The position numbers and the translations under genes are program-made. This document shows, in pieces, positions 24,746 to 34,755 of a DNA stretch of 64,000 bases. The DNA is from Candidatus Latescibacterota bacterium (lineage in GTDB: Bacteria > Latescibacterota > UBA2968 > GCA-2709665): NCBI GenBank assembly GCA_965248435.1, contig OZ252100.1:2112001-2176000 (forward strand), written 5' to 3'. Below the pieces are notes generated by a model that was given only the letters and a program-made list of their open reading frames with translations, made no database searches and was not told the origin of the DNA. How positions within the stretch are numbered: the stretch's first letter is position 1; the number at the start of each line of letters is the position of its first letter.

Positions 24746-25789
24746 ATGCCGACCCTTTCCCATACCTCCCTCCGCCGGCTCGGCTATGCGATTTTTGAGG
24801 CCGCCGGTTTACCTGCCGACCAGGCGAGGATTGTCACAGACCATCTCGTAGATGCCAACCTCACAGGGCACGATTCCCACGGCGTAATTCGGATACCTTT
24901 CTACACCCGCGACCTGCGAAGCGGGGCGATTCGGTCCGTCGAGAATCTCAAAGTCGTTCGAGAAACACCCGCCTCCGCGGTCATCGACGGAGATCTCGGC
25001 ATGGGGATCGTCCTCGCGCAAAGGGCGATGCAGGCGGCCGTCGACCGTGCGCTTAAGCACACCTTCGGTGCGGTTGCGGTTCATCGTGCCGGCCACATCG
25101 GAAGGCTGGGAGATTTCCCGCCACAGGCGGCGGAACGAGGCTGCATCGGAATCTTGATTCTGAACGGCGGGAGCCGCTTTACCGTACCCTTCGGGGGCAC
25201 GGCACCCCGTCTCCCACCCAACCCAATCGCGATAAGCGTGCCGTCAAACGACGGGTTCCCCTGGGTGTTGGACATGACCACCAGCGTCACCGCGGGCGGG
25301 AAGATAGACCTTTTCAGCGTTCGGAATCAGCCAATTCCCGAAGGCTGGCTGATCGATCCTGAAGGTCATCCCGTTACAGATCCAGATCTCTTCCGTAGAG
25401 GCAAAGCCTTCATGCTTCCGCTGGGCGGTCACAAGGGCTACGGCCTCTCCGTAATGATCGATGCCATCGCCGGGGCCCTTTCCTGGGCCGGATGCAGCTG
25501 CGAGCAGCCCACGAGGGGCGGAAGCGGATTCCTGGCGCTTGCGATCAAGATCGAAAGCTTTATCGACTTGGAAGATTATAGAGGGGAGGTCCAGAACATG
25601 GCGGAATGGATCAGATCTTCTCCCACACAGGCCGGCGTGGAAAAGATCTATTTGCCGGGGGAAGTTGAGGAGGAGACCCGAGGGAAGAGAGAGATAGAAG
25701 GAATCGCCCTGGAAACGCCGACCTGGCTCGAAATCGGAAAAGTGGCAGAGGAACTAGGGGTCAACCCGGAGGAATTTTCGGAAGCTTGA
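24746..25789 (+). CDS. Ldh_2 family dehydrogenase (second copy)
   Basis: GHDSHGV, HIGRLG, NPI, GGHKGYGL, LPGE motifs. Confidence 0.9.
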   Translation: MPTLSHTSLRRLGYAIFEAAGLPADQARIVTDHLVDANLTGHDSHGVIRIPFYTRDLRSGAIRSVENLKVVRETPASAVIDGDLGMGIVLAQRAMQAAVDRALKHTFGAVAVHRAGHIGRLGDFPPQAAERGCIGILILNGGSRFTVPFGGTAPRLPPNPIAISVPSNDGFPWVLDMTTSVTAGGKIDLFSVRNQPIPEGWLIDPEGHPVTDPDLFRRGKAFMLPLGGHKGYGLSVMIDAIAGALSWAGCSCEQPTRGGSGFLALAIKIESFIDLEDYRGEVQNMAEWIRSSPTQAGVEKIYLPGEVEEETRGKREIEGIALETPTWLEIGKVAEELGVNPEEFSEA

Positions 25790-25851
25790 AATGTGTGATC
25801 CGCGCGGCACCTTTTATCGCGAGCTTTCCGGCTGGCTAACAGCCCTCGTGC

Positions 25852-26076
25852 TCATTCACCGGTGATCTGTGCCGATATAGAAGGATAGATCTTCCGGAGT
25901 TTCACGGGTCTTTTTCGGCTGAAGAGTAGCAGCACGCAGGCCAGAGCAAGACCGCCCAGCAGGGCCCCGGCAAGGAACCATGGTTCGGCCTTCTGCTTCG
26001 CCCCGAAGGCCACCGAGGCGCAGAGAATGCCGATCACAAGGTGTGAGCAAACCATACTTAGAGGCACCCATTCCAT
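25852..26076 (-). CDS. Small two-TM membrane protein
   Basis: Two hydrophobic helices and a basic tail; a sigma28-like promoter lies upstream. Confidence 0.6.
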   Translation of the reverse strand: MEWVPLSMVCSHLVIGILCASVAFGAKQKAEPWFLAGALLGGLALACVLLLFSRKRPVKLRKIYPSISAQITGE

Positions 26077-26127
26077 CTTCCTGACCCTGTGCTTGGATTT
26101 TGGCCAACATAGTACTACTTATTATAG

Positions 26128-26154
26128 GTATCGGCAGAAATCCTTATTCCTTTA
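26128..26154 (-). promoter_or_regulatory. sigma28 (FliA)-type promoter TAAA-N15-GCCGATAC
   Basis: One mismatch from TAAA-N15-GCCGATAA, with exact spacing. Confidence 0.65.
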
Positions 26155-26350
26155 GCCCGGGATGGCCTTGCCTGGAGCAGATTTGACCCGACACTCGCAC
26201 GTTCCGGGCAAACTCAATTGCGCTGGATTTCATTGAATTTTGATGCTATTATTCTTTATATTCTTTCGAGATTTTTCCGAATCGTTAGGTATCTAAAGCT
26301 CACATTCCGCTCCGTCAGGGGATAGGGCGCATCGAGAACACGCCTCAGCC

Positions 26351-27598
26351 ATGCGATTGATCAACATAGATAAGCTTGAAGAAGGGATGGAGGCTGGAGA
26401 CGCCCTCTACGACGAGCACAATCGCATGCTGCTCGCCCGCGGGGCCTCTATTAAGGGAGCCTATGTAAAGCGGCTCAAGCAGATCGGCCTGCCGGCACTC
26501 TATGTCCAGGATGCGGATACGGCAGACATCACAGTACCCCAGACAGTTCCTCCCGCGCTCCGCATAAAGGCCGTCAAGAACCTCACAGAAAACTTCGACG
26601 CGATCTCCAAGGCCACGGACGAGTTCCGGAAGCTCTCGATCGAAGAAGCACACAACAACATCCAGTCCAAGAAATTCCTAGACACGTTCAAGTCCCTCAC
26701 ACGCAACAAGGGGATCGATCAGCTTGTCGGAGACGTGGGCAGCCTCATCGACCCGTTGATGGGCAAGGACGTGGTACTGGGTCTTAACTCGATCAAGACG
26801 CACGATGGGTATACTTTCCAACATTCCCTGGATGTCACCATTATGGGCCTCCTGCTGGCGAAAAAGCTCGGATGGGATGAGCAGCGGCTCCAGGACTTCG
26901 GGGTAGGCTGCCTCCTGCACGACATGGGGAAAATCTTTATCGATCCAGAGATTTTGAACAAACCCGCAAGGCTTTCGGAGGAGGAGTTCGATCGGATGAA
27001 GGCCCACCCGACACTGGGCTACGAGCTCGTAAAGACCATCGCTCCGACCATCAGCTACCTTATCCCCCACGTCGCCTTTCAGCACCACGAACGTCAGAAT
27101 GGGACCGGATATCCCAGAGGCATCGAGGGCGACAATACCCTGGGAGAGAACAAGGCGAATATGATTCACGACTTCGGAGCCGTAGCCGCGGTAGCAGACA
27201 TCTATGACGCGACGGCTTCAGACCGCCCCTACAGGCCGGGATGGCCGCCCGACAAGGTGGTCGGCCTGATCCGAGACCTGTCTGAAACCCAGCTGAACAG
27301 CAAGGTCGTCGACATTTTCCTCAAAACCGTTGCGCCCTATCCCATTGCCACTTCGGTCAGGATTCTGAACGGGACATATGAAGGCCATGAAGCGGTCGTG
27401 GCCGATATAGACGAAAAGTTCTTGGACCGTCCCAAGGTCCGTATACTGTTCGACAGCGAAGGTGTACGGATCGATGCCGTGGAGATCGATCTCAAGGTCG
27501 AGGAGGACATCATGGTTGAGTCGGTCCGGAGCGGCGTGCCGGAGATGGAGCCTCTGGGGAGTTCAAAGGCCGTTGTCGAAGTCGGGAGCAACGACTGA
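26351..27598 (+). CDS. HD-GYP domain c-di-GMP phosphodiesterase
   Basis: HS, LHDMGK, HHER..GTGYP, DIYDA, RPYR motifs. Confidence 0.92.
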   Translation: MRLINIDKLEEGMEAGDALYDEHNRMLLARGASIKGAYVKRLKQIGLPALYVQDADTADITVPQTVPPALRIKAVKNLTENFDAISKATDEFRKLSIEEAHNNIQSKKFLDTFKSLTRNKGIDQLVGDVGSLIDPLMGKDVVLGLNSIKTHDGYTFQHSLDVTIMGLLLAKKLGWDEQRLQDFGVGCLLHDMGKIFIDPEILNKPARLSEEEFDRMKAHPTLGYELVKTIAPTISYLIPHVAFQHHERQNGTGYPRGIEGDNTLGENKANMIHDFGAVAAVADIYDATASDRPYRPGWPPDKVVGLIRDLSETQLNSKVVDIFLKTVAPYPIATSVRILNGTYEGHEAVVADIDEKFLDRPKVRILFDSEGVRIDAVEIDLKVEEDIMVESVRSGVPEMEPLGSSKAVVEVGSND

Positions 27599-27616
27599 TC
27601 ATCCAGGAGAGTTGAC

Positions 27617-27991
27617 GTGGCGCGAATCATGGTCGTTGACGACGAACAGCAAGTACGCGTAGCCCTGCGCAAGTTTCTGGAACACTCAGGGCACGAGGTC
27701 GTCGAGGCCGCCGACAGTGAAGAATCTATTACGCTCTTTAATGAACATCCTCAGGACCTCGTCATCACAGACCTCTTCATGCCCAAAAAGGGGGGGGTCG
27801 AAGTCGTCAGGCAACTCAAGCGAACGAATCCCGATCTCAAGATCATCGTCATCTCCGCCTACGGTATTCGGGACGAACTCGACCTCGGCTCACTGGCAGT
27901 GCAACTCGGCGCGGACTGCGCATTTGAGAAGCCGATGGATCTAAACGAACTCCGGAAAAAGATAGACGAGCTCCTTTCTGAAGCACAATAA
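27617..27991 (+). CDS. Single-domain response regulator
   Basis: VVDDE, TDLFMP, ISA, KP motifs. Confidence 0.92.
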   Translation: MARIMVVDDEQQVRVALRKFLEHSGHEVVEAADSEESITLFNEHPQDLVITDLFMPKKGGVEVVRQLKRTNPDLKIIVISAYGIRDELDLGSLAVQLGADCAFEKPMDLNELRKKIDELLSEAQ

Positions 27992-28024
27992 GGCCACCAC
28001 CAATCCGTCTTTTTTTGAAAGCGC

Positions 28025-28053
28025 TTGACATCACTTTGGCATTGTCGTAAACT
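28025..28053 (+). promoter_or_regulatory. sigma70 promoter TTGACA-N17-TAAACT
   Basis: Near-consensus hexamers. Confidence 0.65.
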
Positions 28054-28133
28054 GATTTTTAGTGATTTCTTTAGGCTAGAAAGATCACGATTCGCCTGAA
28101 AATAAAGAGCTTATAGTCTTGGGGTCTGAATCC

Positions 28134-28886
28134 ATGGGAAAAGACGCAGAGCAAAAAAAGGATATCCAAAATCTATTGGAAGACTGGCCTTATGACTCTG
28201 AAAAACTCTGCGTCCGAAAGATTCGGGGGAAGGACGGGAAAAAGAAAATTCAACTTCGCATTGAAATGGGCGTTCTGCAGATGGAGATAACCGGCCGCCC
28301 CGATGGCAAGCGTCCGAACGGCCACGCCTCCCTACTTGATTTTTATAAGGCCGAGGCAAAAAAGGAATCCAACTTTTCACTCGATAGTGAGACCTGTATC
28401 GCGCTTCAGATGGAAGCGCTTCAATATTATCACCGAAGAATCAGTTTCCTGGAACTGGGCGAGTACGATAAGGCCCGAAAGGATGCTGAGCGAAACCTGG
28501 AGCTCTTCGACTGCGTCAAACAATATGCCTCCGAAGAGGAAGATCGAATGGCCCTGGAGCAATATCGGCCATTCGTCATTGGTCATCGCATCAGAGCCTC
28601 GGTACTGCAGAGCCTGGAGGATGGTGCCCACGACAGAGCCCTGGTTGATATAGAAGATGGAATTGAAGAGATTCAGAAATTTTTCAAGGAATTTGATCGT
28701 CCCGACCTGGTTGAAGAGAGCGAGGAGATCACTTTTCTGAAGGAGTGGGCAACTGAGATCAGGAAGGACCGCCCAAAGTCCTTGCTCCAGGATCTTAAGG
28801 ATCAACTGCGCGAAGCCGTAGCATTAGAAGACTTCGAGCGCGCTGCCGAACTTCGGGATCGCCTCGGTACCCTCCCTGGAAATTAG
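28134..28886 (+). CDS. Conserved protein with C-terminal UVR (UvrB/UvrC) motif
   Basis: LREAVALEDFERAAELRD; N-terminal IQLRIEMGVLQME..GRPDGKRP. Confidence 0.78.
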   Translation: MGKDAEQKKDIQNLLEDWPYDSEKLCVRKIRGKDGKKKIQLRIEMGVLQMEITGRPDGKRPNGHASLLDFYKAEAKKESNFSLDSETCIALQMEALQYYHRRISFLELGEYDKARKDAERNLELFDCVKQYASEEEDRMALEQYRPFVIGHRIRASVLQSLEDGAHDRALVDIEDGIEEIQKFFKEFDRPDLVEESEEITFLKEWATEIRKDRPKSLLQDLKDQLREAVALEDFERAAELRDRLGTLPGN

Positions 28887-28900
28887 ATTCCACAGACACG

Positions 28901-30202
28901 ATGAACCAGCTTGAAGAAATTGCGCCGACAGCGGAAAGTGCGATCCTCGTGGGTCTCCGCCTTCCTGGAATGTCCCGTTTCGAAGTGCAGGAGACCATGA
29001 ACGAGCTCGCGCTATTGGCCGATACGGCGGAGGCAAAGGTCGTTGATCGAGTTGTGCAGGAACGCAAGAGCGTCGACCACACCTCTTTTATCGGTCGTGG
29101 GAAGGCAGAAGAACTGGCAGCTCGGACGAAAGAGCTGGGGGCCGAGCTCCTCATCTTCGACGATGATCTATCGCCCGCGCAGGTCCGGGTACTGGAGGAT
29201 TTGACGGGTGTCAAGATCATCGACAGAAGTCGACTGATCCTGGACATCTTCGCCAAACGTGCAAGGACGCGAGAATCCCAGACCCAGGTGGAACTTGCAC
29301 AACTGAACTACCTGCTTCCCCGTCTCACCCGCCAGTGGACTCACCTCTCTCGTCAGCAGGCCGGTCACGGCGGGGCAACGGGTGGTATTGGGACCCGAGG
29401 TCCCGGAGAGACACAGCTCGAAGTCGACCGTAGGGCGATCCGGAGCCGTATCGGTACTCTGAAGAAGGCGCTGGATCGAATTCGCCGCCAGCGCGAGGTC
29501 GGCCGAAAGAGCCGGATTCACGAAACGTGTGTTGCGCTCGTTGGCTACACAAATGCCGGAAAATCGACCTTGTTACGCGCCCTATCGGGCGCCGATGTCC
29601 TCATCGAAGACCGGCTCTTCGCCACGCTCGACTCAACGACACGAAGCATTGCAGTCGGATACAATCGAGAGATTCTCCTGACAGACACCGTCGGATTTAT
29701 TCGAAAACTCCCACATCACCTCATTGCCTCGTTCAGAAGCACGCTGGAAGAAGCGCTGCAGGCGGACCTGCTTTTGCACGTCGTCGACGCGAGCCATCCT
29801 GCCTGTGAAGACCAGATCGCGGCCGTTTTCGAGACGCTTGAAGAACTGGGAATATCAGAGAATCCAACTCTCATGGTCTTCAACAAGACGGACCAGTTTG
29901 AAGACAGGGCAAAGGAGACAGACCTGAGGAGTGCGTATCCGAACAGTGTCTGGATTTCTGCCCTCACAGGTCAGGGTCTTGCCGATCTTAAGCGGGCCAT
30001 CTACGATTGGCTCGGAAGCGAACGAGTAACCCTGAGTCTCCGCATCCCGCAGGCCGAGGGGAAACTCCTTTCAGAACTCCATCGACTCGGCGAGGTCCTG
30101 AGTACACGATATTCCGACAACGACGTCCTCATCCGCGTCACGCTCAGGGCCCCGGATGCACGTTCCCTCCTGCCTGACGGTCGCTACCAAATCACCTCTT
30201 GA
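28901..30202 (+). CDS. hflX: GTPase HflX
   Basis: ILDIFA, QVELAQL, RGPGETQLE, GYTNAGKS, LFATLD, DTVGF, NKTD motifs. Confidence 0.96.
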   Translation: MNQLEEIAPTAESAILVGLRLPGMSRFEVQETMNELALLADTAEAKVVDRVVQERKSVDHTSFIGRGKAEELAARTKELGAELLIFDDDLSPAQVRVLEDLTGVKIIDRSRLILDIFAKRARTRESQTQVELAQLNYLLPRLTRQWTHLSRQQAGHGGATGGIGTRGPGETQLEVDRRAIRSRIGTLKKALDRIRRQREVGRKSRIHETCVALVGYTNAGKSTLLRALSGADVLIEDRLFATLDSTTRSIAVGYNREILLTDTVGFIRKLPHHLIASFRSTLEEALQADLLLHVVDASHPACEDQIAAVFETLEELGISENPTLMVFNKTDQFEDRAKETDLRSAYPNSVWISALTGQGLADLKRAIYDWLGSERVTLSLRIPQAEGKLLSELHRLGEVLSTRYSDNDVLIRVTLRAPDARSLLPDGRYQITS

Positions 30203-30215
30203 TGCGGTAAAAGAC

Positions 30216-30256
30216 AAGCGCGCCCGAGATCACCCCAGGGCGCGCTTTCGCTTTAC
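30216..30256. terminator. Hairpin between convergent hflX and bactofilin
   Basis: AAGCGCGCCC/GGGCGCGCTT stem with a T-rich tail. Confidence 0.55.
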
Positions 30257-30300
30257 TTTCAGCAACAACGCATCCTCTCCTTTTTGGAAGGACGCGGTTC

Positions 30301-30690
30301 CTATTCCTGCAAAGTTCTTTCGACTTCCCGATCTGTCTCGATCGAAGGATCAGATTCACCCAGGAACCCGCTCATGGCCGCCCCTTCTTCAATCACCAGC
30401 AACTTCGCCTTGATGTCTCCAACCAGAACGGCGCTCGATTCGAGTTTGACCTGATCCGCTTCCAGGTTACCCTCCAGCCTGCCCGCAATCACGGCAGCCT
30501 TCGCCTTTATGCGCTCTGCCGCTACCACGCCGGACGGACTGACTTCCAACGTCCCCGAGGACGTCAGCCGGCCAACGAGTGACCCATCCACGCGAATATT
30601 CTCTCGAACCTGAATGTTCCCTTCCAGGACCGAGCCTTCTCCGACGATGGTGTTCAGAGTGTCCTTCCTCGAACCATTCATCCCGGCCAT
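30301..30690 (-). CDS. Bactofilin (polymer-forming cytoskeletal protein)
   Basis: TIVGEG..EGN..IRVDG..G..V.G..GDI..LVIEEGA beta-helix pattern. Confidence 0.9.
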   Translation of the reverse strand: MAGMNGSRKDTLNTIVGEGSVLEGNIQVRENIRVDGSLVGRLTSSGTLEVSPSGVVAAERIKAKAAVIAGRLEGNLEADQVKLESSAVLVGDIKAKLLVIEEGAAMSGFLGESDPSIETDREVERTLQE

Positions 30691-30725
30691 CTTAATCTCC
30701 GCGCCTCAATCGATGGACAAACGCA

Positions 30726-31556
30726 CTACTCAGGCAAGAAATACCTCGGATCGCGTTGGTTCCCCCCCTCCATCACCTCATAGTGAAGGTGAGGCCCACT
30801 GCTTCGACCCGAGCTGCCTACCAGGGCAATAGGTTGCCCCTTTCGAACCTCCTCGCCTTCCAGAACCAAAGTCGATGAATTGTGACCATACCGGGTCATA
30901 AAGGCGCCAAAATGGTCGATCGATACCACCTGCCCAAGGACCTCATCCAGTCCCACAAAGACAACCTCGCCGTCCGCAGTTGCCTTTATGACCGTACCCT
31001 CGGGGGCAGCGACATCAACGCCCAAATGCTTGTTCTGAAGAACGCCCGAGCGGTCTACGAACTCGGCGGTTACCCATCCAACAGATCTGGAAACTGGCCA
31101 GATAGAGGGAATCCACCGTGGATCGACCTCCCCACGAAGTCTGGAACCGCCACGTCCTGACACCGTGGTGATCTGGCCGGTTGCCTCCGTGCCGCTCATG
31201 GTCCGCGGCGAAAATGGAACTGTGTAGGCCGCGGAACTGAACGTTACTTTGGAGGACAACATGTCGCGCAATTGCTGATCCACCCGCTTCATTCGCGTAA
31301 CAACCTGAGCCAGTTCCTCTACACGTTCCACATCCTCCCGCATCCGACCATTCTCTCGCTGCAGGCTTCTCGCAAGTCTTTCCCAGTCCTGTGCCCTCCA
31401 GTAGAAGGTTCCGCCAATTACCACAAGCCCAAGGAGGAGACAAAGAACAACAAGAAGCGCCCAGGGGAGCCAGTAAACCACCTTGAATTCCAGCGTGCGC
31501 GAACCGTCGTCAGGAATGACTAAGACAGAGAGCTGCTTTCGGGGTCTTTTGGCCAA
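30726..31556 (-). CDS. M23 family metallopeptidase with N-terminal TM and coiled coil
   Basis: HLGVD, TRYGH, GRSSGPHLHYE motifs. Adjacent to bactofilin, a known pairing. Confidence 0.92.
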   Translation of the reverse strand: MAKRPRKQLSVLVIPDDGSRTLEFKVVYWLPWALLVVLCLLLGLVVIGGTFYWRAQDWERLARSLQRENGRMREDVERVEELAQVVTRMKRVDQQLRDMLSSKVTFSSAAYTVPFSPRTMSGTEATGQITTVSGRGGSRLRGEVDPRWIPSIWPVSRSVGWVTAEFVDRSGVLQNKHLGVDVAAPEGTVIKATADGEVVFVGLDEVLGQVVSIDHFGAFMTRYGHNSSTLVLEGEEVRKGQPIALVGSSGRSSGPHLHYEVMEGGNQRDPRYFLPE

Positions 31557-31640
31557 TTCGTTTGAACTCCTAAGTGCTTCAGATCTAAAGGGCTACGAAA
31601 TATAAATGACGCAATCCCGGAAGTCAACTCCCTGCAGAGC

Positions 31641-32618
31641 TCAAAACCCGAACAGGGAACTTCGGATCTCCGGGCCGGATCCCAATCTGCCGGTGACACC
31701 GGTAAGGAGCCTCGTGTCCGAATGACGGCCTTTCAGGAATAAAAGGCCCGTGAGTCCCACACCCTCACGTCCCGACCCCCTGAACCGAAGTTCTCTATGA
31801 TCTGCGTCGAAGTACCAGATTTGTCCACTCGTCGAGCCGACACCAAGGAGACCTGGATTGCCCGGAAGAAGAGAAAGATTCAGTGCGCGTACTCTTCCCT
31901 CCGTAGCCGTTGCTCTATGGGCTTCGTTCCAGTGTCCCCAACTCGATCGGTATACGATCACTTCTCCACCCTCTTCTCCCGAACCGGTCTCCAGTAGGAG
32001 TTCAGGTCTGTTGTCTCCATCCACGTCCCCCACGGCCAGATCCCCCACGTGTTTAGGCACCTGGAGGATTTCAGATGCCTCTAGGGACCCTGCCCGCCAC
32101 CTGTAATTGACCACCTCCGTCGAACCCAGTTCCGACTCGCTTTCAATCTGGTAGAGCGTCGCTATCACCTCGGCTCGGCCATCCCCGTCCAGGTCCTCCG
32201 CTTCAATGCGATCGGTCCACTGTGAAGGCAGGTCCACGACCTGAGTTACCTCCAGCCGATCCCCTCTCAAGCCCAGTAGCATTATGCGACCGGAGCCGAC
32301 TGCCACCACTTCCGCGTGTCCATCTCCATCCAGATCTCCGGCCGCCACATCCTTCACGACGTGCAGCTCCGGGCTTCGCCACAGAAGCTCCAGAAGCCAT
32401 CCATTCTGTCTGTAGACTTCCACCCTGGCCTGGCTCGCGAGAACCGGATCCGTCGCACGCCGAAAAGGGCCGACGCGTCCCCCGACGATCACCTCATCGA
32501 TCCCGTCACCGTCCACATCTCCCCTGGCGAATCTGGGTTTGGTTATCGTCTGCTCGAAGTCGAAGGCAAGGACGTTCAGGGAAGCAAAGAAAATCAGGCA
32601 GATAAAGAACAAACCCAA
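31641..32618 (-). CDS. Secreted FG-GAP/VCBS repeat protein
   Basis: Four GD(V/L)DGDG..E-like repeats. Signal peptide after TTG 32618 with AGGAGG SD. Confidence 0.8.
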   Translation of the reverse strand: MGLFFICLIFFASLNVLAFDFEQTITKPRFARGDVDGDGIDEVIVGGRVGPFRRATDPVLASQARVEVYRQNGWLLELLWRSPELHVVKDVAAGDLDGDGHAEVVAVGSGRIMLLGLRGDRLEVTQVVDLPSQWTDRIEAEDLDGDGRAEVIATLYQIESESELGSTEVVNYRWRAGSLEASEILQVPKHVGDLAVGDVDGDNRPELLLETGSGEEGGEVIVYRSSWGHWNEAHRATATEGRVRALNLSLLPGNPGLLGVGSTSGQIWYFDADHRELRFRGSGREGVGLTGLLFLKGRHSDTRLLTGVTGRLGSGPEIRSSLFGF

Positions 32619-32745
32619 CCAGCGTGCACCTCCTGCTCCACCTCGAGCAGACGGCTCATTGTTCAGAACGAACGACGATCCACGATCGACGATCCACGAG
32701 ATCGGCAAAATACAAGCGCCTTCTATCTGGGGCCGACAGATCACC

Positions 32746-33471
32746 TCAAAACCCCCTATCATCGATGTGGACCCACGACACGCGCTGCTGGCCGCTGACC
32801 GAGACTGAAGTCTCGGTCAGCGGAAGAATAAAATCAACCCCCACGTCTCGCGATTCATTAAAGATTTCTTGCGCCCGCACGTCTGCATCCACGCGACTTT
32901 GATCTACGTCTACGTCCACAGCGTCTCCGTAAATGTGCCGGCTGTAGGTGGCCCCTCCGACTTCCCGATTGTGTTCGGGGGTGCGGAAGTTGCTTGTGAT
33001 AACCAGGGGTCGGCCCAGGCCGGAGCGAATCAGCTGAACATGATCCACGATCTGGGGGTCCACGTAGGCGCGGGTACCACCCCTTCGCATCGTCGGTGAG
33101 ACATACTCCGCGAGCCGGAAATTGGGTGTGACCAACTCGGACGCGTCTGTTCTTGCGAGATCGATAAAGTAGGCCACCGCGTTATAATGCTTCATTCGCG
33201 TCGTTCCGAAACTGTTCGATCCGGGAGCCGGATAGGTCGCGGTGAGATTTCGGTCCTGGATCAGGCTCAGGCGAAGCCCGTTGGGAAACGTCACAGTCCC
33301 GGAATACGGAGGATCCGAAGCTCCCGGGGAGCTCCCGATTCGAATCTCGGCAGACATCGACGTCTCGCGACCGCAGCCGGCCAACACGCCGACAGCGAAA
33401 CAGAGCATCCCACCTAAGAAATGTCTACTATTCACGGTGGCAAGGTGCATCCAGATTCTTTCCTTCATCAT
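32746..33471 (-). CDS. Peptidase M15A-like (D-Ala-D-Ala carboxypeptidase) lipoprotein
   Basis: LAGC lipobox; ITS.FR..HN..VGG..SRHIYGDAVD; WVHIDDR. Confidence 0.85.
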   Translation of the reverse strand: MMKERIWMHLATVNSRHFLGGMLCFAVGVLAGCGRETSMSAEIRIGSSPGASDPPYSGTVTFPNGLRLSLIQDRNLTATYPAPGSNSFGTTRMKHYNAVAYFIDLARTDASELVTPNFRLAEYVSPTMRRGGTRAYVDPQIVDHVQLIRSGLGRPLVITSNFRTPEHNREVGGATYSRHIYGDAVDVDVDQSRVDADVRAQEIFNESRDVGVDFILPLTETSVSVSGQQRVSWVHIDDRGF

Positions 33472-33504
33472 TCGTTTTTCTATGCGCCTTCTGCGACCAC
33501 GCCG

Positions 33505-33746
33505 TGATTCCCCGGTACCGGTGTTCTGATTCCCCGGTACCCGTGTTCTGATTCCCCGGTACCCGTGTTCTGATTCCCCGGTACCGGTGTTCTGATTCCC
33601 CGGTACCCGTGTTCTGATTCCCCGGTACCCGTGTTCTGATTCCCCGGTACCCGTGTTCTGATTTCCCCGGTACCCGTGTTCTGATTCCCCGGTACCCGTG
33701 TTCTGATTCCCCGGTACCCGTGTTCTGATTCCCCGGTACCCGGTTC
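33505..33746. repeat. 11 tandem copies of 22-bp TGATTCCCCGGTACCCGTGTTC
   Basis: Head-to-tail copies without spacers; a few single-base variants. Confidence 0.95.
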
Positions 33747-33747
33747 T

Positions 33748-34578
33748 TCATCTTTTAATCGCCCTGAGTGCACGACCCACCTTAAAGCGCACCCCCTCGT
33801 CCGGATCTTCAAGCATTCCATTCAAGCGGATCTCGGCCTCCCTCCCGCCGAGCCTCCCGAGCGCGGAGACCGCGCTTCCCCTCACGCGCGGATTCGGATG
33901 CGCGAGGTAGGCTATGCAAGGTGACAGGACGCGCTCATCGCCAGTTCGACCCAGGCCGACCAGGACGGCCGCGATCACTGTATCCGAAGTATCATTCAGG
34001 GCCGCAGTCAGGAGCTGCGCCGCGTCACTGTGCCCGACCTCCCCGAGCGCGTGCGCCGCCGCCATCCTCACCCAGGTATTCGAATCGGTGAGCCGAGCTG
34101 CAATGACCTCCACGCTGGCAGCAGCCCTCAGCTTTCCCAGCGCCTCCAGTGCAGTGACAACCGACTGCCAGTCTCCGCTTTCCGCCGCCAGGCGGGTAAG
34201 CGGACCCACAGCATCATCGCCTTGTCTCAGAAGGACCGCCACGAACTCCAGTTTCTCTTCCCCGGGGGCAACCTCCATCAACCTCACGGCCAGCCGAGAG
34301 GCCTGAACCCCGTCCTTCTGGACGGCGCTCTGGAGCAACCTGCCCAGTAGGCGCTGGTCCCCCATCTTATAACGTGAGGCCAGAAAGACGCCCCCACCCT
34401 CCACTTCGAGCAGCCGCGTGCCTGCCGCGAGCCTCTCATCAGGGGGCAAATTCACGTCCGCGAAACGCCGCTTTAGGGTTTCCTTGGGGACGTTGCTTTC
34501 AGCATCCTGTGGCGACGGCTTCTCATCGCACGCCTGAAATAGCACAGTAAACAGGAGGATCCAGCACAGAAGGATCAC
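33748..34578 (-). CDS. HEAT/PBS-lyase repeat lipoprotein
   Basis: FQAC lipobox; VRMAAAHALG and VRGSAVSALG repeats. GTG start overlaps the upstream TGA. Confidence 0.82.
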   Translation of the reverse strand: MILLCWILLFTVLFQACDEKPSPQDAESNVPKETLKRRFADVNLPPDERLAAGTRLLEVEGGGVFLASRYKMGDQRLLGRLLQSAVQKDGVQASRLAVRLMEVAPGEEKLEFVAVLLRQGDDAVGPLTRLAAESGDWQSVVTALEALGKLRAAASVEVIAARLTDSNTWVRMAAAHALGEVGHSDAAQLLTAALNDTSDTVIAAVLVGLGRTGDERVLSPCIAYLAHPNPRVRGSAVSALGRLGGREAEIRLNGMLEDPDEGVRFKVGRALRAIKR

Positions 34579-34745
34579 GCGCCCTCCACTCGCTTCTGGA
34601 TCCACCAACCCACAAAAAAGAGCCCCCCTCCGATGGCTGTCAGCTTCAACTCGCCGGCGATATCTCCTTCAACGAGCCCGAGCGCAAGAGCATATCCGAC
34701 TCCGATCAAACCGATAAGCTGAAGGGCCCTTGCAAGATGTCTCAT
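34575..34745 (-). CDS. 56-aa two-TM small protein, not in the ORF track
   Basis: MRHLARALQLIGLIGVGYALALGLVEGDIAGELKLTAIGGGLFFVGWWIQKRVEGA. GAGG SD; GTGA overlap with the HEAT gene. Confidence 0.7.
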   Translation of the reverse strand: MRHLARALQLIGLIGVGYALALGLVEGDIAGELKLTAIGGGLFFVGWWIQKRVEGA

Positions 34746-34755
34746 GTGCGCCTCG

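Noticed and set aside
30301-31556. M23 peptidase-bactofilin pair as a novel system
   Set aside because: It is an established, widespread cell-shape module.
33505-33746. CRISPR array
   Set aside because: The units are contiguous with no unique spacers, and there are no cas genes in the window.
33428-33821. ORFs of 107 and 113 aa across the tandem repeat (and similar ORFs at 12846-13112)
   Set aside because: They are translations of a 22-bp repeat cycling through frames, with no coding signal.
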